The notes under the pieces: model-generated
What the model saw: only the letters and a program-made list of their open reading frames with translations
Databases searched by the model: none
What the model was told of the DNA's origin: nothing
Made by a program: the position numbers and the translations under genes
Assembly (NCBI GenBank): GCA_047495785.1
Contig: JBLDXI010000019.1
Location: 2,728,001 to 2,792,000, forward strand
Length of the DNA: 64,000 nt
DNA from: Lepidodermella squamata
Lineage: Eukaryota > Animalia > Gastrotricha
Reading direction: 5' to 3'
Part shown: piece after piece, positions 13,701 to 26,300 of the stretch
Numbering within the stretch: the stretch's first letter is position 1
How the letters are laid out: each line of letters opens with the position of its first letter

Positions 13701-14181
13701 CGAGCTAGGCGGCAAATTCGACGGCTATTATGATTTACCCGTGCCAGTCGAGATACCTATGCATCACTTTCTAGAAAATTACGATTATTGTAGGGACCGC
13801 AAATTACACCGCAAACACTTAATTTCAAGATAAAAATCGATGTAAACTGCCACCACAGATGGACAAAGATGGATGGATAGCATCAGTGCTCCGATTTTTT
13901 CCATGACTCAAAAGTTTCTGTCACCAATTTTCCAAAAATAATACCCCTAACCACCTTCTCAACGGTAATTATAAGGAGTATTTTTTGGTGGCTGCCACTG
14001 AGCGTGGTCCAGTGGGGGCGCGAAATCAGAAGCTTGGATAGCATAAGAAATGTATTTATTTGCCCCAGATTCTATTACCCAATTATGAATCAGATTATTA
14101 GGTATCACAAGTGTCAAATGACCGGAGACCGGAGTCAGAGCTGACCGAAAGAGATTGCATCGGCGTAGAGGAATAGGATTT

Positions 14182-15522
14182 TTAAGCACGCGTCATTAAA
14201 CTGAAGTAATATGCATCACTTATCAAAACAATAACAATCAATACTATGGCTAGAACAAGATCGACGACTCGTATAGGAGACAGCTTCAAATCTGACCCCC
14301 TGTACAAATATATGGTTTTCTTTAACCGCGTAAGGCTAACCAGCGGAACCGCAAATAAGGTGTAAATTGTTAGAATCACTCCAGAAATGTATTTAATGAC
14401 AACCATATTGACCAGATAGACAACTTCCGATGTCCGAGGGATGCTCATAAAAACAAGGCTCAACAGCACGGAATTCGCCAAAACAGTCGTCATAGCGAAA
14501 GATGCCCTGAAATATTGAGATGAAGAAAGTCTTCAGATAATGTAGCCTTACCTGTCTGAAAGTTTAGGTGGCATGGCGAGGCATGCGATTTGGAGTATGT
14601 AAGTCCCATATGTGGGAAGAATGACGCTCGCGACGTAGTAGTGGAATTTTCTCTTGAAATGGATGGTCAGATAAATGTAGGCGTAGCTATTAATCGATTC
14701 ATTGATATAAACCACTGAACTTTCTAAAGCCCTTCTTCCCTTGGTCCAATTCGAAACATCGATTGGCCCATCGAATTCCCAAACTTCGGTATCCTTCAGG
14801 AACGAATATCTCACAGATTTATCGACATCGAATGACAACACGTTGAAATCGATGTAATTCACAGGTTCTTCGTTCATAAGCACAATATCGCAAGTTAACG
14901 TATCAAATGGAAAGGATTTGAAGGAAAATGTATCACAGGCGGTGTTTATCCTCGCGTACATGCCGATGAACCCAAACGGAGGAGAACCATCGTTCCCAAA
15001 TGGATGAATGAAGATATGGTTGACATAGTTGCTATCCTCAAATGGCCGTGGGTTGTAGTAGGCTGACATGTGAAAAATTGCTGGAGACCAAATTTCCAAA
15101 GAATTCTTCTGGTAATGATAGCAGTCTCTGTCAAAGCCGGGCCCTAGTTCGCAGACCCCATTCGTTGTTTTGTTAGCGATATCCAAGATGTCGCAGCTTG
15201 TTAATTGTGGGCACGGGTATGCCCATTGAAGCGAGAAAAATACGAATAGAGACAGACGCTTTTCCAAATCATTGATCTCGATGAAGCGAAAGAGCAGTGC
15301 GGTTGTGTTGACAATCAGAGGGTTCTTGAAGCCGCTCCTAACCACGGCCTCGCTGGGTAGATGAGTGGCAGTAACAGGGGAGCACCATTTCTCAAAAGCG
15401 GCTTTGAAATCTTCCGACATTGCATTGATTTGATTTGACAAAGCTAATCCGCAGAAGATTCCAGCAAATGCAGCTGCTGAGAGGACGAAATTGTGGGTGA
15501 TTTGAAAAGCAAACATTTCCAT
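14182..15522 (-). CDS. Cys-loop channel family A6, paralog of A5 (exons 15522-14552, 14506-14182)
   Basis: CDTFSFKSFPFDTLTC; 45-nt intron 14507-14551; M2-M4 nearly identical to A5. Confidence 0.88.
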
Positions 15523-16398
15523 ACTTCCGTTTTGCAATTATCGTTGAATAACTGTGTCATGCCATTATTTGTTGAATTTTCGCTCGGATGCCACATGGTA
15601 AATTTGCTCATTAAGGTTTAATCAAAATCCATCACATTACCTGTCACAAATATAGCTATTGAATATATGTGCCTGCTGTTTTCACGGTGGCAATCGATTG
15701 GTAGAACATTTTGCTGCGAGGGAGATAACGATTTTCAAATATTGAATATGAGAGCTATTAGCATATCTCCATTATCAACAAAAAAGCTAACAATAAACAT
15801 GAGATTTCTTTATTCAGTCAGGAACTTAGTGAGCTAGACATAATCGGAAATCGGAAACTATATGAAGGTTTATGAAGCATCTCTCAATTCAGCTTGATAA
15901 AAATTATCAGCCAACAATGCTTTTTGCTCAATTATGCTCAGAGCGCTTATTTCCTGTTTAAACCTCTCTTCGAAATATTTATAAATTACGGACGTGTATA
16001 TATTCCTACCACGAGATATCCTCCCTTTGTGTCTCGAGTGGTGTCTCCTAGCAGGGAATCCGCAATTGAGAGCCATCGATGTCTAAATGAAAATATCGAT
16101 TCTTCCGTAAATCGAAATTCACCAGTAAAAGGACGTTGGTTTAAGAGCTATCATCCTAATTGTTTGCTGCACGCTTTATTATCGAGTTTATTCAAATCGA
16201 TTTCAGCTATGTAAATCAACTGGTTTTATTAACTGTGCACCGGGTTTTCCGACTCCAGAAAAATGAAGTTTTCCGCTCGAATTAGAGCCAAGGCCCTAGG
16301 CCAATATTTAATTCATTATAAGAAAATATCAATAAATGGTCAGTCTTTTCACAAAGGATTTTCAATCTCAAGAAAAATTGCTAGTACTTAGGAACATA

Positions 16399-17702
16399 TT
16401 AGTTAATCATCGCATTAAAGTAAACACAATCAGCAATAAAAACGGTCAAAGTGATGGCAACAGCAACAAAGCCATCTATAACTCGAATGGTATTGTACTT
16501 CAGCTTGTTATCACCGGCTTTCGGGTGGAGAACCTTCGCTAACGGTATCGCTGCTAGAGTGTACATTGTCAGAATAATACCAATGATGTATTTGATGATA
16601 ACCATTTGAACCAAGTAAACTGTCTCTGAAGTTTGAGGTATGCCAGAGAATGCAAGATTAAGGATCACTGAGTTGGCTAAAACCGTTGTCATTGCGAAGT
16701 ATGACCTGAAATTCAGGACCAATCAAGAATTGTTCGATCATTTCTCGTTCATTCAACATACCTATCGGGGCGTTTCGGGTCCATGACGAGACATGCAACT
16801 TGCAGAATGAAAGTCCCATATGTCGGCAACATCACACTAGCAACAAAGTACTCATATTTTCGCTTGAAATTCATCTCTAGATACATATAGGTGAACCCAT
16901 TCGTCGTCTCTTTGACGTAAACAACATGACCATGGAACGCTTTTTTCACCGTCGAATTAGCTGGAATATTCTCATCAATCGAACCATCAATAGCCCAAAT
17001 GTCAGTATCGCCTAGGAAAGTGTTTACAACAGACTGGTCGATTTTGAAGTAGACAATGTTGAAGTCCAAGTAAGCTGTGTATTCTTCGGTAGTTAGAACG
17101 ATGTTGCAAGTTAGCCTGTCGAAAGGAAATTTCTGGAACGAAAATGAGTCGCAAGCTGCGTCAATTCTACGATACAGTCCTATGTAAGCCACTGGCCCTG
17201 AGCCACCCCAGCCGAATGGATATACATACACTAAGTCGGATGAATGGCCCTCTAAGGGACGAGGATCCCTATAAGCGTTGATGTGGACCATGTATGGCTG
17301 CCAGATATATTGGGTATTGACCTGGAAATGGACATCGTCTCTCAGTGGGCCAGGTTGCAGCCCGCAGATGGTATTCTTCGACGGATCTTCCAGGCCTAAT
17401 TCTTCACAGCTATCGAGATGAGGACATGGATAGTTCCAGCGAAAGGTAAAATAGACGAAGGAAGAAAATCGCTTCTCGAGATCGTTGATCTCAATAAAGC
17501 GAAAAAGGAGAGCAGTTACGTTGATGAGTACAGGTCTTGTGAAATTGTTTTGAGCCAACGTTTCACTGGGCAGACTTTGAGACATTATAGCTGGGCACCA
17601 TTGAATCGTGGCCTGTTGAATTTGCTCAATCATTGCATCTCTTATCGGTTTAATCGCCCAGGTAGAGGCTGATAATCCTATCAAAATCACAGCTAGCTTC
17701 AT
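16399..17702 (-). CDS. Cys-loop channel family A7 (exons 17702-16762, 16705-16399)
   Basis: CDSFSFQKFPFDRLTC; DPKRPDR|SYFAMTTVLANS; 56-nt intron. Confidence 0.88.
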
Positions 17703-18342
17703 ATTTGACGGATCGGTGAAATGTTGTGCTGGAATGAGCAGCTTTTAACTAAGCTATGTTCTGCCAATCAAGCTTCGAAAATCCCGTGAGAAGCACGTAG
17801 CCAGTGCTGCGTTGCTTTTTGGGAGGCGATAATATCGATTTTTAGGGGAAAAGCAAAACGAGAGAGCTGCATCGTCAATATTTTAACAGTGGAAAAATGT
17901 TTACACGACTAGTTTAAAGCTATTCAACAATCCGCACAGGAAATCCGTCGGCTAATAGGTGAACTCTCGGAAATTCAGTTAATTCAATGTTGTATAGAGT
18001 TAATAACAGGCATTCTCATGGCATCAAAAATGCAGACCTGCTTGGTATGCAGCTTCAATGTTTGCTGTATGCCCATATTTCGGGAAATAATTGCTGCTGG
18101 CATGAATGCAGTTAAATGGGAGGGATCGAAAAATGATTATGAAGACAGAATTTTGCATGTTTTTTGACGTAGAGATAGGAGAGAATTGGAAAAATGGGCT
18201 TCCCTAATCTGAATAGCATTGATTTTTTCTAATGTTCAACTCAACTTTTTGACTTCCGCCTGGGTTAAGCGAATAACAATCTCGCCCACTCGTAATTAGG
18301 AGTTGGCTTCTCCATTTTCGATTAAGCCTCATCCCATTGATC

Positions 18343-19497
18343 ATGCTCCAAATTCTCATTATCTTAAGCCTCCATACCTTGGTAATTGCAGAGGAGCTCG
18401 ACATTTGGGAGTTCAAACCAACAGAAACAATCCTGGCTAATTGTAGGGTAGGGCCTACTGTCAACTCGCCAACTGAATTGGAAGGAAAGCCAACAGGAGT
18501 CACTATCTCTCTGCAACCCAAGAAATTCGTGGGAATTGATGACGTTTCAGAGACTTTCACATTCGATGGTTCACTCATTGTAGACTGGGAATCGATATGC
18601 ATACAAGGTCTTTATCGCAATATTTCGCGATCTGGCAAAGTTGTTTGGCCGGCTGCTATTAAGCAGCTAACAAAAGAGGACCCTAGCTTGTATTGGTGGC
18701 CGTCAGTTCAGCACGTAAATTCAGTAACAAGTGCAGCCATGACAGACGGATTGTCTAGATTCTTGAAGGTCTACCCCAGTGAAGGCGGCAAGGTGACCGG
18801 AATTATCAGTGGAAAATTTTCATCGTACTGTAGTTTAAATGTCAATTACTTTCCTTTCGACAAACAACTATGTCGAGTCATATTCCAATTTATGCAGAGT
18901 GACCGATATTCTTATATAGCTGGTACCGCGTTCGTACCGTATAGCTATCCATTCATGCCATCCAACGCTGGGTGGGAACACGATGATTCATGGCGCTACT
19001 TTTCTCATGCATCTGTCGCATCGGGAAGGGCTGCAAACTTCTCAGAGGCAGTTTTTAGCTTTCAGTTCAAACGTAAACCCGACTACTATTTGATGAGTCT
19101 TTACGCGCCGAGTTTGATCCTCAGCTTCTTGATACTTTCTTCGTTCCTGATCCCCGCTGAGGCACCGGACAGGCCAGCATTCGCTTGCACTGTCATGCTA
19201 TCGATTTTTGTCCTACAAGACAACGTTCAGGCTAGTTTGCCTAAAACACCGCAGCCAGTAATCGCAGCGACGTTCAGTTTGAGCCAAACAGTCCTAGCAA
19301 CAGCCTGCGTGGCATATGCAGCTGCAATGTGTGGTTTCATTGCATTTCGTCCAGATGTTGCTGAGAGGGAGATGAAATTCTGCATTTTCAAAAGACCGGT
19401 CAAATTCTACATTATCATTGATGTTTTGACCTTTTCCGCTGCATTATCAGCCTATGTTGTATCCAATCTCATCGTGTTTATTCGCCTTAGCGGATAG
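18343..19497 (+). CDS. Intronless Cys-loop channel, family B1
   Basis: Signal peptide, YWWP, canonical C-x13-C loop CSLNVNYFPFDKQLC, FKRKP, four TM helices, M2 PDRPAFACTVML. Confidence 0.9.
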   Translation: MLQILIILSLHTLVIAEELDIWEFKPTETILANCRVGPTVNSPTELEGKPTGVTISLQPKKFVGIDDVSETFTFDGSLIVDWESICIQGLYRNISRSGKVVWPAAIKQLTKEDPSLYWWPSVQHVNSVTSAAMTDGLSRFLKVYPSEGGKVTGIISGKFSSYCSLNVNYFPFDKQLCRVIFQFMQSDRYSYIAGTAFVPYSYPFMPSNAGWEHDDSWRYFSHASVASGRAANFSEAVFSFQFKRKPDYYLMSLYAPSLILSFLILSSFLIPAEAPDRPAFACTVMLSIFVLQDNVQASLPKTPQPVIAATFSLSQTVLATACVAYAAAMCGFIAFRPDVAEREMKFCIFKRPVKFYIIIDVLTFSAALSAYVVSNLIVFIRLSG

Positions 19498-20355
19498 CTT
19501 TCGTTTTCTATCAATTCATCGAGCAATGTCAGTTCTCTCTTGACAGATTATTTGCTGTATGCTTGCAATTGTCTTTTCTTAAAACATTTCATTCGCGTGG
19601 CGCGAATATATACAAATTTATTGTAATTAATACAATGTAATTACATTCAAACATGCTGTTGTTTTACTGGTTTGAACGAAGTCACTCAAGAAACTCCTTG
19701 AAATATATTCCCTAAAACATAAAACATGATTTTTCATCTCCAATTTTGAATTCTCCTTGCTTGATCCATTTTTCACAATTTTGATCTCAGATAATTCCTA
19801 TACCTCTGCTGCATACCCATTATTGCCAGCCCTGATTACATCTTCTTCCAATCCTTAGCAGGGTGACGTTGGGCTGATATGCGACAAGCCGAATGGATGA
19901 AAGCTCTGCGACGCACCAGTGCTAAAGAGCTTGTTTGGCCTTTCGTCTCGATTTTTATAGAATTGAAAACCATCAAAGGCAAAGCATATAGTCGTAAAAT
20001 CCTTGAAATGTTTGTATCAACTACTAATTTGTTTTTCAAATTACAATCCCCAAGTTAACATGGATATAATAAATTAGGTTTTCTCAGTATAGCACCTTGT
20101 GATTGTAAAGGCTGGAGTATCAAGGCTCGCCCCGCCCACCCGAATATATCCGCAATTGGCTTGGCCTGCTGCATTTTACGCTGCACATTTTCCCTAGCAA
20201 AAATACTCAGGCTCTTTTTGCAAATAATCGATCTCACTTTGCAACTTTTCAGTTTGTTCAGCTTTATTATTTGACTTCCGCCTGGGCTTAGCAAATACCA
20301 TTCTCGTACCTTGGTATTAGTGCAGTTCATTAGTATCGCTCATTAATTGGGCATC

Positions 20356-21522
20356 ATGATGCTTCTCATGCCTCGTGCTCTGGTTTTTTGTATCCTCCCG
20401 ACCTTAGTAATCTCAGCTGATGGGGATATCTGGGATTTCAAGCCAACCGAAACAATCCTGGCTAATTGTAGGATTGGGCCTACTGTCAACTCGCCGACTG
20501 ATTTGAATGGCGAGCCTACAGTAGTCAACATCTCCATGCAAGCCAAGAAATTTGTCGAAATCGATGACGTTGCAGAAACGTTCACAATCGGCGTTTCATT
20601 AGTTATCGAATGGGATTCAACTTGCATCAGAGACCTCTACCGGAATATATCGAGATCTGGCAACGTAACGTGGCCGGCTGCTATTAAGGAGCTAACAAAA
20701 GAGGACCCTAGCTTGTATTGGTGGCCGTCAGTTCAGCACATTAATTCAGTTGGAAGTGCCGATATGGCTGATGGCTTCTCGAAAGTAATGAAGATCTTCC
20801 CTGGTGAGGGTGGTAGAGTATCACAAGTGATTGGCGGGAAATTCTCATCGTACTGCAGCTTAGATGTCACACACTTCCCTTTCGACAAGCAACACTGCGA
20901 AATCATCATCGAACTCTTTCAAGATAACCAATATGCCTATATTGCTCGAACTGCGTTCATTCCGTATGGTTTTGTTTTCATGCCGGCGAATGCTGCGTGG
21001 GAACACGACATCTCCTGGCGCTCCTCTTCTCATGCTTCTGTCGATTCAGGAAGGGTCCTCAACTTCTCAGAGGCAGTTTTCAGCTTTCAGTTTAAACGTA
21101 AACCCGACTACTATTTGATGAGCCTTTACGCGCCGAGTTTGATCCTCAGCTTCTTGATACTTTCTTCGTTCCTCATCCCCGCTGAGGCCGCGGACAGACC
21201 AGCATTCGCCTGCACTGTTATGCTATCGATTTTTGTCCTGCAAGACAACGTTCAGGCGAGTTTGCCTAAAACACCCCAGCCCGTCATCGCAGCAACATTC
21301 AGTTTGAGCCAAACAGTCATAGCAACAGTCTGCGTGGCTTATGCAGCAGCAATGTGCGGTTTCATTTCTTCGCGTCCTCATATAGCCGAGAAGGAGTTGA
21401 AGTTTCGCTTTTCAAAGCGGCCGGTGAAATGTCATATTCTCCTTGACTTCGCTGCTTTTTTTGTTGCATTTTCTCTTTACCTTATATCTAATGCCATCGC
21501 TTTTTTGTGCCTTAGTGTTTAG
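20356..21522 (+). CDS. Intronless Cys-loop channel, family B2
   Basis: CSLDVTHFPFDKQHC; TM region nearly identical to B1. Confidence 0.9.
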   Translation: MMLLMPRALVFCILPTLVISADGDIWDFKPTETILANCRIGPTVNSPTDLNGEPTVVNISMQAKKFVEIDDVAETFTIGVSLVIEWDSTCIRDLYRNISRSGNVTWPAAIKELTKEDPSLYWWPSVQHINSVGSADMADGFSKVMKIFPGEGGRVSQVIGGKFSSYCSLDVTHFPFDKQHCEIIIELFQDNQYAYIARTAFIPYGFVFMPANAAWEHDISWRSSSHASVDSGRVLNFSEAVFSFQFKRKPDYYLMSLYAPSLILSFLILSSFLIPAEAADRPAFACTVMLSIFVLQDNVQASLPKTPQPVIAATFSLSQTVIATVCVAYAAAMCGFISSRPHIAEKELKFRFSKRPVKCHILLDFAAFFVAFSLYLISNAIAFLCLSV

Positions 21523-22279
21523 CGGCTTTTTCGAAACTGTCCATTAAGCTAGAGCCAATCTTGTAGCATTTATTTTATTAGTGCAATGCTTGACGTTAAG
21601 CGTCGTAGGAAGAAGAAGGGTAGAAGAAAGAGACAGAATCCTCAATAAAAATATGAGCTGAATCTGTATATTTTCCCCAGCAGTTTGGGCTTCTTGAATA
21701 GCGTGAATATAACAACTATATTGTGTTTTGCTTGAAAAACGATGGCTTGCAATTCTTTTGTGTCTGCATTGCTATCTACAGAGCAGAAAGAAAGATAGAA
21801 CCCCATTAGGCAGAAACATTTCCGCACTACCGTCAATGAGGCTTTGTTTAGACTTGTCTCAACTTGTCTGATGATTGTCGACAAGTTTACAGGTTAAAGT
21901 TCTACTTTATCGAGATGATTCGGGTAAAGTAAGGGTAAGTTTAATCCCAGAAATAAACTCCGCCCATTTTTAGTCATAATGCATATTTTTTGCGCGAAGA
22001 AACTAGGTCATTTGAAATTATAGAGATTATATGGTTTTCTAGGGCACAAGCTAAGAAAGTTGCTTTTTATGTCAATCAGATCAATGTTGTGAGAAAGCAG
22101 CTGTTAATAGAGAGTCCTAATTGCCGGCAGTTATCTGGGAAAAGTCTGACGCAAGTCTCCGCTCTCCGCAATCAAGTCGTGAACTCTTTCTCTCAAGCTG
22201 CTTTCTTCACTTAAGCAGAACAAACACGCTTGCCAGGTTCCACGCCAAGAGATAAATTATAATCACAGCTGCTAGTGGC

Positions 22280-22286
22280 TATAAAA
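22280..22286 (+). promoter_or_regulatory. Candidate TATA box
   Basis: TATAAAA ~40 bp upstream of ATG 22324. Confidence 0.4.
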
Positions 22287-22323
22287 TTGCTTGTTCTTTA
22301 CACTATTTTCATCATTTGACAAC

Positions 22324-22986
22324 ATGAAATACATATTTGTATCGTTATTACTAGCTATTTCCTTCACAGGATCATGTTCTGCTGTAGATCCAGCGGCAAC
22401 TTTAGCCTGGGCTGATGCTTACTGGGATTGCATAGATTTGAACTGTACAGTCCGAGGTGAGGAAGGAGCGAAAGTTCCAGATACCTTCAAATGTGCCGAA
22501 TATGTCGCTCGATCCCTAGCTGCTGGTGGTTACCTGCCACGTCTTGGCCCGCTCGACCCGATCAATGCCTACTGCCTACTGGAATTACGCTGTGGGGAAG
22601 AAAAAGTACTGTTTAACCTGCGCCTGCAAACACAGTCCAAACTTGCGAAGCACCAAGGGAGGTTTAGCCGAGGCCCTACCCGCCTTGGGCTGGCGGGTGT
22701 CCGATGCCTGCACACCTGGAACTTGCAAGTACAACGTCACCCGTAAATTGACAAACGGCACATCAGTGGTAATGGATGAATATTGCAAGGGCCAGAAGTG
22801 CGACTACGACGCTGTAAAAACCTATATATTGATCTTCCGAATGTTTTGGTAGTAAATGGCATGGCCCATATAGCTCTTGGCGTTGGGCCTGGAATTGTCA
22901 ACGCTCACAATAGAGCCCGTTACCATGCGGATTACAGCATTTATAACGAAAGTGAGTACAATGTAGTGTATCTACCGCCGCTTTGA
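22324..22986 (+). pseudogene. Secreted Amidase_6 / NlpC-P60-like protein, reading frame broken
   Basis: Signal peptide, AATLAWADAYW...KCAEYVARSLAAGG, later AHIALGVG...NAHNRARY. The 7-bp duplication tgcctac (22566-22579) shifts the frame. A second break near 22725-22852 is either an intron or a frameshift. Confidence 0.6.
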
Positions 22987-23149
22987 AGACTCGACAATCC
23001 CGGCTGCATTTTTTGTATGTCGATTGATGAAGCTTGCTTTGCCATTTTGAAAAAACCATCTGGAGAATAAAGCTGGATAGTATGAAGAGTCTTTAGGCTA
23101 ATATTGGTGAATATTAGGTGAATGAACGGTGAACGGAAATCGTTATGAA

Positions 23150-24480
23150 GCAAACCAACTTTTTGTTGTTCCTGGTTTAACAAGTTCAATTAGTGCTTAC
23201 AGAGCGACTTTCAGCAGGTAGCCTTGGGTCAAAAATATTGAATGACGTCACCAAGGCAATTGAAGACAATATCCATCGTGAAGAACTGCTCGTGAAGAGA
23301 TTTGAATCGTTGGTGCGTTAATGGGACGACAATAACCAGCATGTGTTGGAACATCGGGAAAACGAAAGAGGTGTTGGGAAAACACTCATATTCTGAAAGA
23401 AGTCAACCAGGTGCTCACGAGGCTTATACTTATAAAGATCGCTGACAACTCAGTTGAGTCGTCGAAGAGTGCCATCGAAGAAATTCCATGAAATGCTTGA
23501 AATCCCTCGTAAAGATTCTCGCGCATCCGACAGATGGGCAGGATGCAACTGCTGGACATCCTCTGGCAAGTCGACATTCGAGGGGAAATTTGGGCTCTCC
23601 TGAATTCCTACCTCAAATATCGTTTTTACGTGTCTTAGTGACAAGGGCAACCTCAGGCCTAAGAGCTAAAGTAGCATAAATCTGTCAGGGTCGCGTGATC
23701 GGCTCGACACCATGGATTTTTGGATGGCAAGTATTTGCATCAGCTTCTCCGTAAAACAAATCGGAAATGAACCCAGCCACTCGCCTCCGCAGACGTAGAA
23801 GTTTGCAGATGATTTTGACGTCGGAAGTCCGGTGCTGGAAGATGTGGGAAAGGGAAAAGAGCGACCAATCAGATGGTCAAAGACTTTAGAGTTTTCATGG
23901 ACCCGAAGAAAAGGATTGATACGCGGTTTTCATATCCTCGATTTCGATGTGACAGAAGAAAAGCTGAGCAAGCTAAATTGGAGGGAAAGGGAAATGAACA
24001 AGTCACGACTGGCCAAACGTCGCTGCCAGGCCTGAAACTGGATTCGGCAATGCCAATAGAGGCATTTCATCAATGAAAAAGTAGCAAGAACGACAATGGT
24101 TTAAACACAGCTCTTACGACTCTTACGGCCATATTTGTCGAAGCGCCAACTGGTTAACGCTTTTTAAAAGAATGCCCAGCCCCTCCTGAAGTACGGAATG
24201 GTGGGGTACGCCCACACGTCCACAAAACGGTACTCGATCGGTTAGAGGCGATCTAAGAAAGCTTCTGTAAAGCGACTGTAAAGCGGCGATGACCTACAAC
24301 CACGGAAAAACGTCGTTTTATGGGCATCATAGCTTATCTATACAAGGTCGTCATGGTGACGCGCACTAGCACACCTCATTTGCGATCGAAGTTTGAAATC
24401 CTCGGGCCAAGAAGAGATACGCGAACGCTTCGTGCTTTGAACAACCTACCCGCCTGATGCGTTCCACGTGGACTTTTTAA
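23150..24480 (+). mobile_element. Degenerate non-LTR retrotransposon (LINE) remnant
   Basis: KFADD at ~23799-23813 (RT catalytic motif) and PLLKYG at ~24180 (post-RT PxLEYG motif); numerous stops and frameshifts; boundaries approximate. Confidence 0.5.
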
Positions 24481-24822
24481 TTACAGATGAACTCCCTAGG
24501 CCTCAATATTTGGTTAAAGCTGAAAATTCATCGGTAGATAAAATATAGAGAAGGTTTAGCATATTAGGAATGCTGGGAAAATCTAGCTGAATCGATTTCA
24601 ATAAAAAATCTTGTTTATGCAACAGATTTTGTGCAAGAGGAGGTGAACCATGCTCCTTGCGCGCGGGCAAAACTGCAATATTTGCAACTGCCACTTCGTT
24701 TCCGCAATAAGCGAACAAGCCATTTATTTGAGTTCCCGCTTCAACTCATCAAATAAAATTCTGGCATCAAGCAGTTGGTTTCTCGAATGAACTTCGATAA
24801 ATTTTCATTTTCGAAGTAAAAC

Positions 24823-25980
24823 ATGCTCTGCGCTTTAATTTTCGTGATATTCAATACCGTAGTATTCGCAGCTGATGGCGATATTTGGGATTTTAAACCA
24901 ACGGATACAATTTTGGCTAACTGTAGAGTCGGGCCATCTGTTAACTCACCGACAGACCTTGATGGAAAGCCAACAAAAGTCTACGTGTCTATGCAACCCA
25001 AGAAATTCGTTGGAATCGACGACGTTGCAGAAACCATTACGATTGCTGGTTCCCTAGCTATCGAATGGGATTCAACTTGTATCCGAGATCTTTATCGGAA
25101 TATATCGAGATCTGGCAATGTGCAGTGGCCAGCTGTGATGGAGGAGATAACAAAGGAGGACCCTAGCTTATACTGGTGGCCGTCGATTCGTGCTATTGAT
25201 TCACTCGCTGTCTCAGATATGACTGATGGCTTCGCTAGGTCTTTGAAGATATTTCCTGCAAACGGCGGAAAAGTCATGGGAGTAATTAGCGGGCAATTTT
25301 CATCTTACTGTAATTTAGACGTATCTCGCTTCCCTTTCGACAAACAAATCTGCCGGTTCATATTCGACCTCGAGCTGTCTGTCAAATATGCTTATATAGG
25401 TGAAACTGCATTTATTCCTTATGATTATGCTTTCTTGACGAGCAATGCTGGATGGGAGAGTGATGAATCTTGGCGCCATTCCTATCATGCCTCTGTTTCC
25501 GCTGGGAGGCATGGGGTGAATTTCTCAATGGCAGTTTTTAGCTTTCAGTTCAAGCGAAAACCCGACTACTACTTGACTAGTCTTTACGCGCCGAGTTTGA
25601 TCCTCAGCTTCTTGATACTTTCTTCGTTCCTCATCCCCGCTGAGGCGCCGGACAGACCAGCATTCGCCTGCACTGTAATGCTATCGATTTTCGTCCTGCA
25701 AGGCAACGTTCAGGCTAGTTTGCCCAAAACACCCCAGCCAGTGATCGCAGCAACATTCAGTCTAAGCCAAACGGTACTGGCAACAGCTTGCGTTGCTTAT
25801 GCAGCAGCGATGTGTGGTTTCATTGCATTTCGTCCAGATGTTGCTGAGAGGGAGTTGAAATTCTGCATTTTCAAAAGGCCGGTCAAATCCTACATTATGG
25901 TTGACGTTTTCGCCTTTTTCGCTGCATTATCAGCCTACGTTGTATCAAATCTAGTCGCGTTTCTTCTCCTCAGTGAATAA
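24823..25980 (+). CDS. Intronless Cys-loop channel, family B3
   Basis: CNLDVSRFPFDKQIC; same TM block as B1/B2. Confidence 0.9.
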   Translation: MLCALIFVIFNTVVFAADGDIWDFKPTDTILANCRVGPSVNSPTDLDGKPTKVYVSMQPKKFVGIDDVAETITIAGSLAIEWDSTCIRDLYRNISRSGNVQWPAVMEEITKEDPSLYWWPSIRAIDSLAVSDMTDGFARSLKIFPANGGKVMGVISGQFSSYCNLDVSRFPFDKQICRFIFDLELSVKYAYIGETAFIPYDYAFLTSNAGWESDESWRHSYHASVSAGRHGVNFSMAVFSFQFKRKPDYYLTSLYAPSLILSFLILSSFLIPAEAPDRPAFACTVMLSIFVLQGNVQASLPKTPQPVIAATFSLSQTVLATACVAYAAAMCGFIAFRPDVAERELKFCIFKRPVKSYIMVDVFAFFAALSAYVVSNLVAFLLLSE

Positions 25981-26224
25981 CTTCTATCCCATGTTCCATG
26001 GTTTGAATTCAGCTATCAGCTGCTAAAAGCCTAAAACTTGAATTGACAAACATTTTGAAAAATGTGCTGTATAATTATAAAGTAAAGAATTTATATAAGT
26101 ATTACAAGAATTCCAAGAAAGCCACAGAGGAAATATCATGAAGTGCTCGAGCAGCGCATCGGCAAAAGCCGTCGAAGGTGGAAAAGAGTTGCAAGGTCGA
26201 AGGATAAGCTGTCTATAGTCAAGC

Positions 26225-26300
26225 TTCAATAGTGGTTCAAGCTAGAGCCCAGGAAACCAGAGGTTGATAGTTCGACTCCAGCTCACAACATTCTTTTTTA
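26225..26300 (+). repeat. tRNA-derived SINE-like head
   Basis: A-box-like tagtggtt, B-box gttcgactcc (26269-26279) and an oligo-T run; no convincing cloverleaf. Confidence 0.35.
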
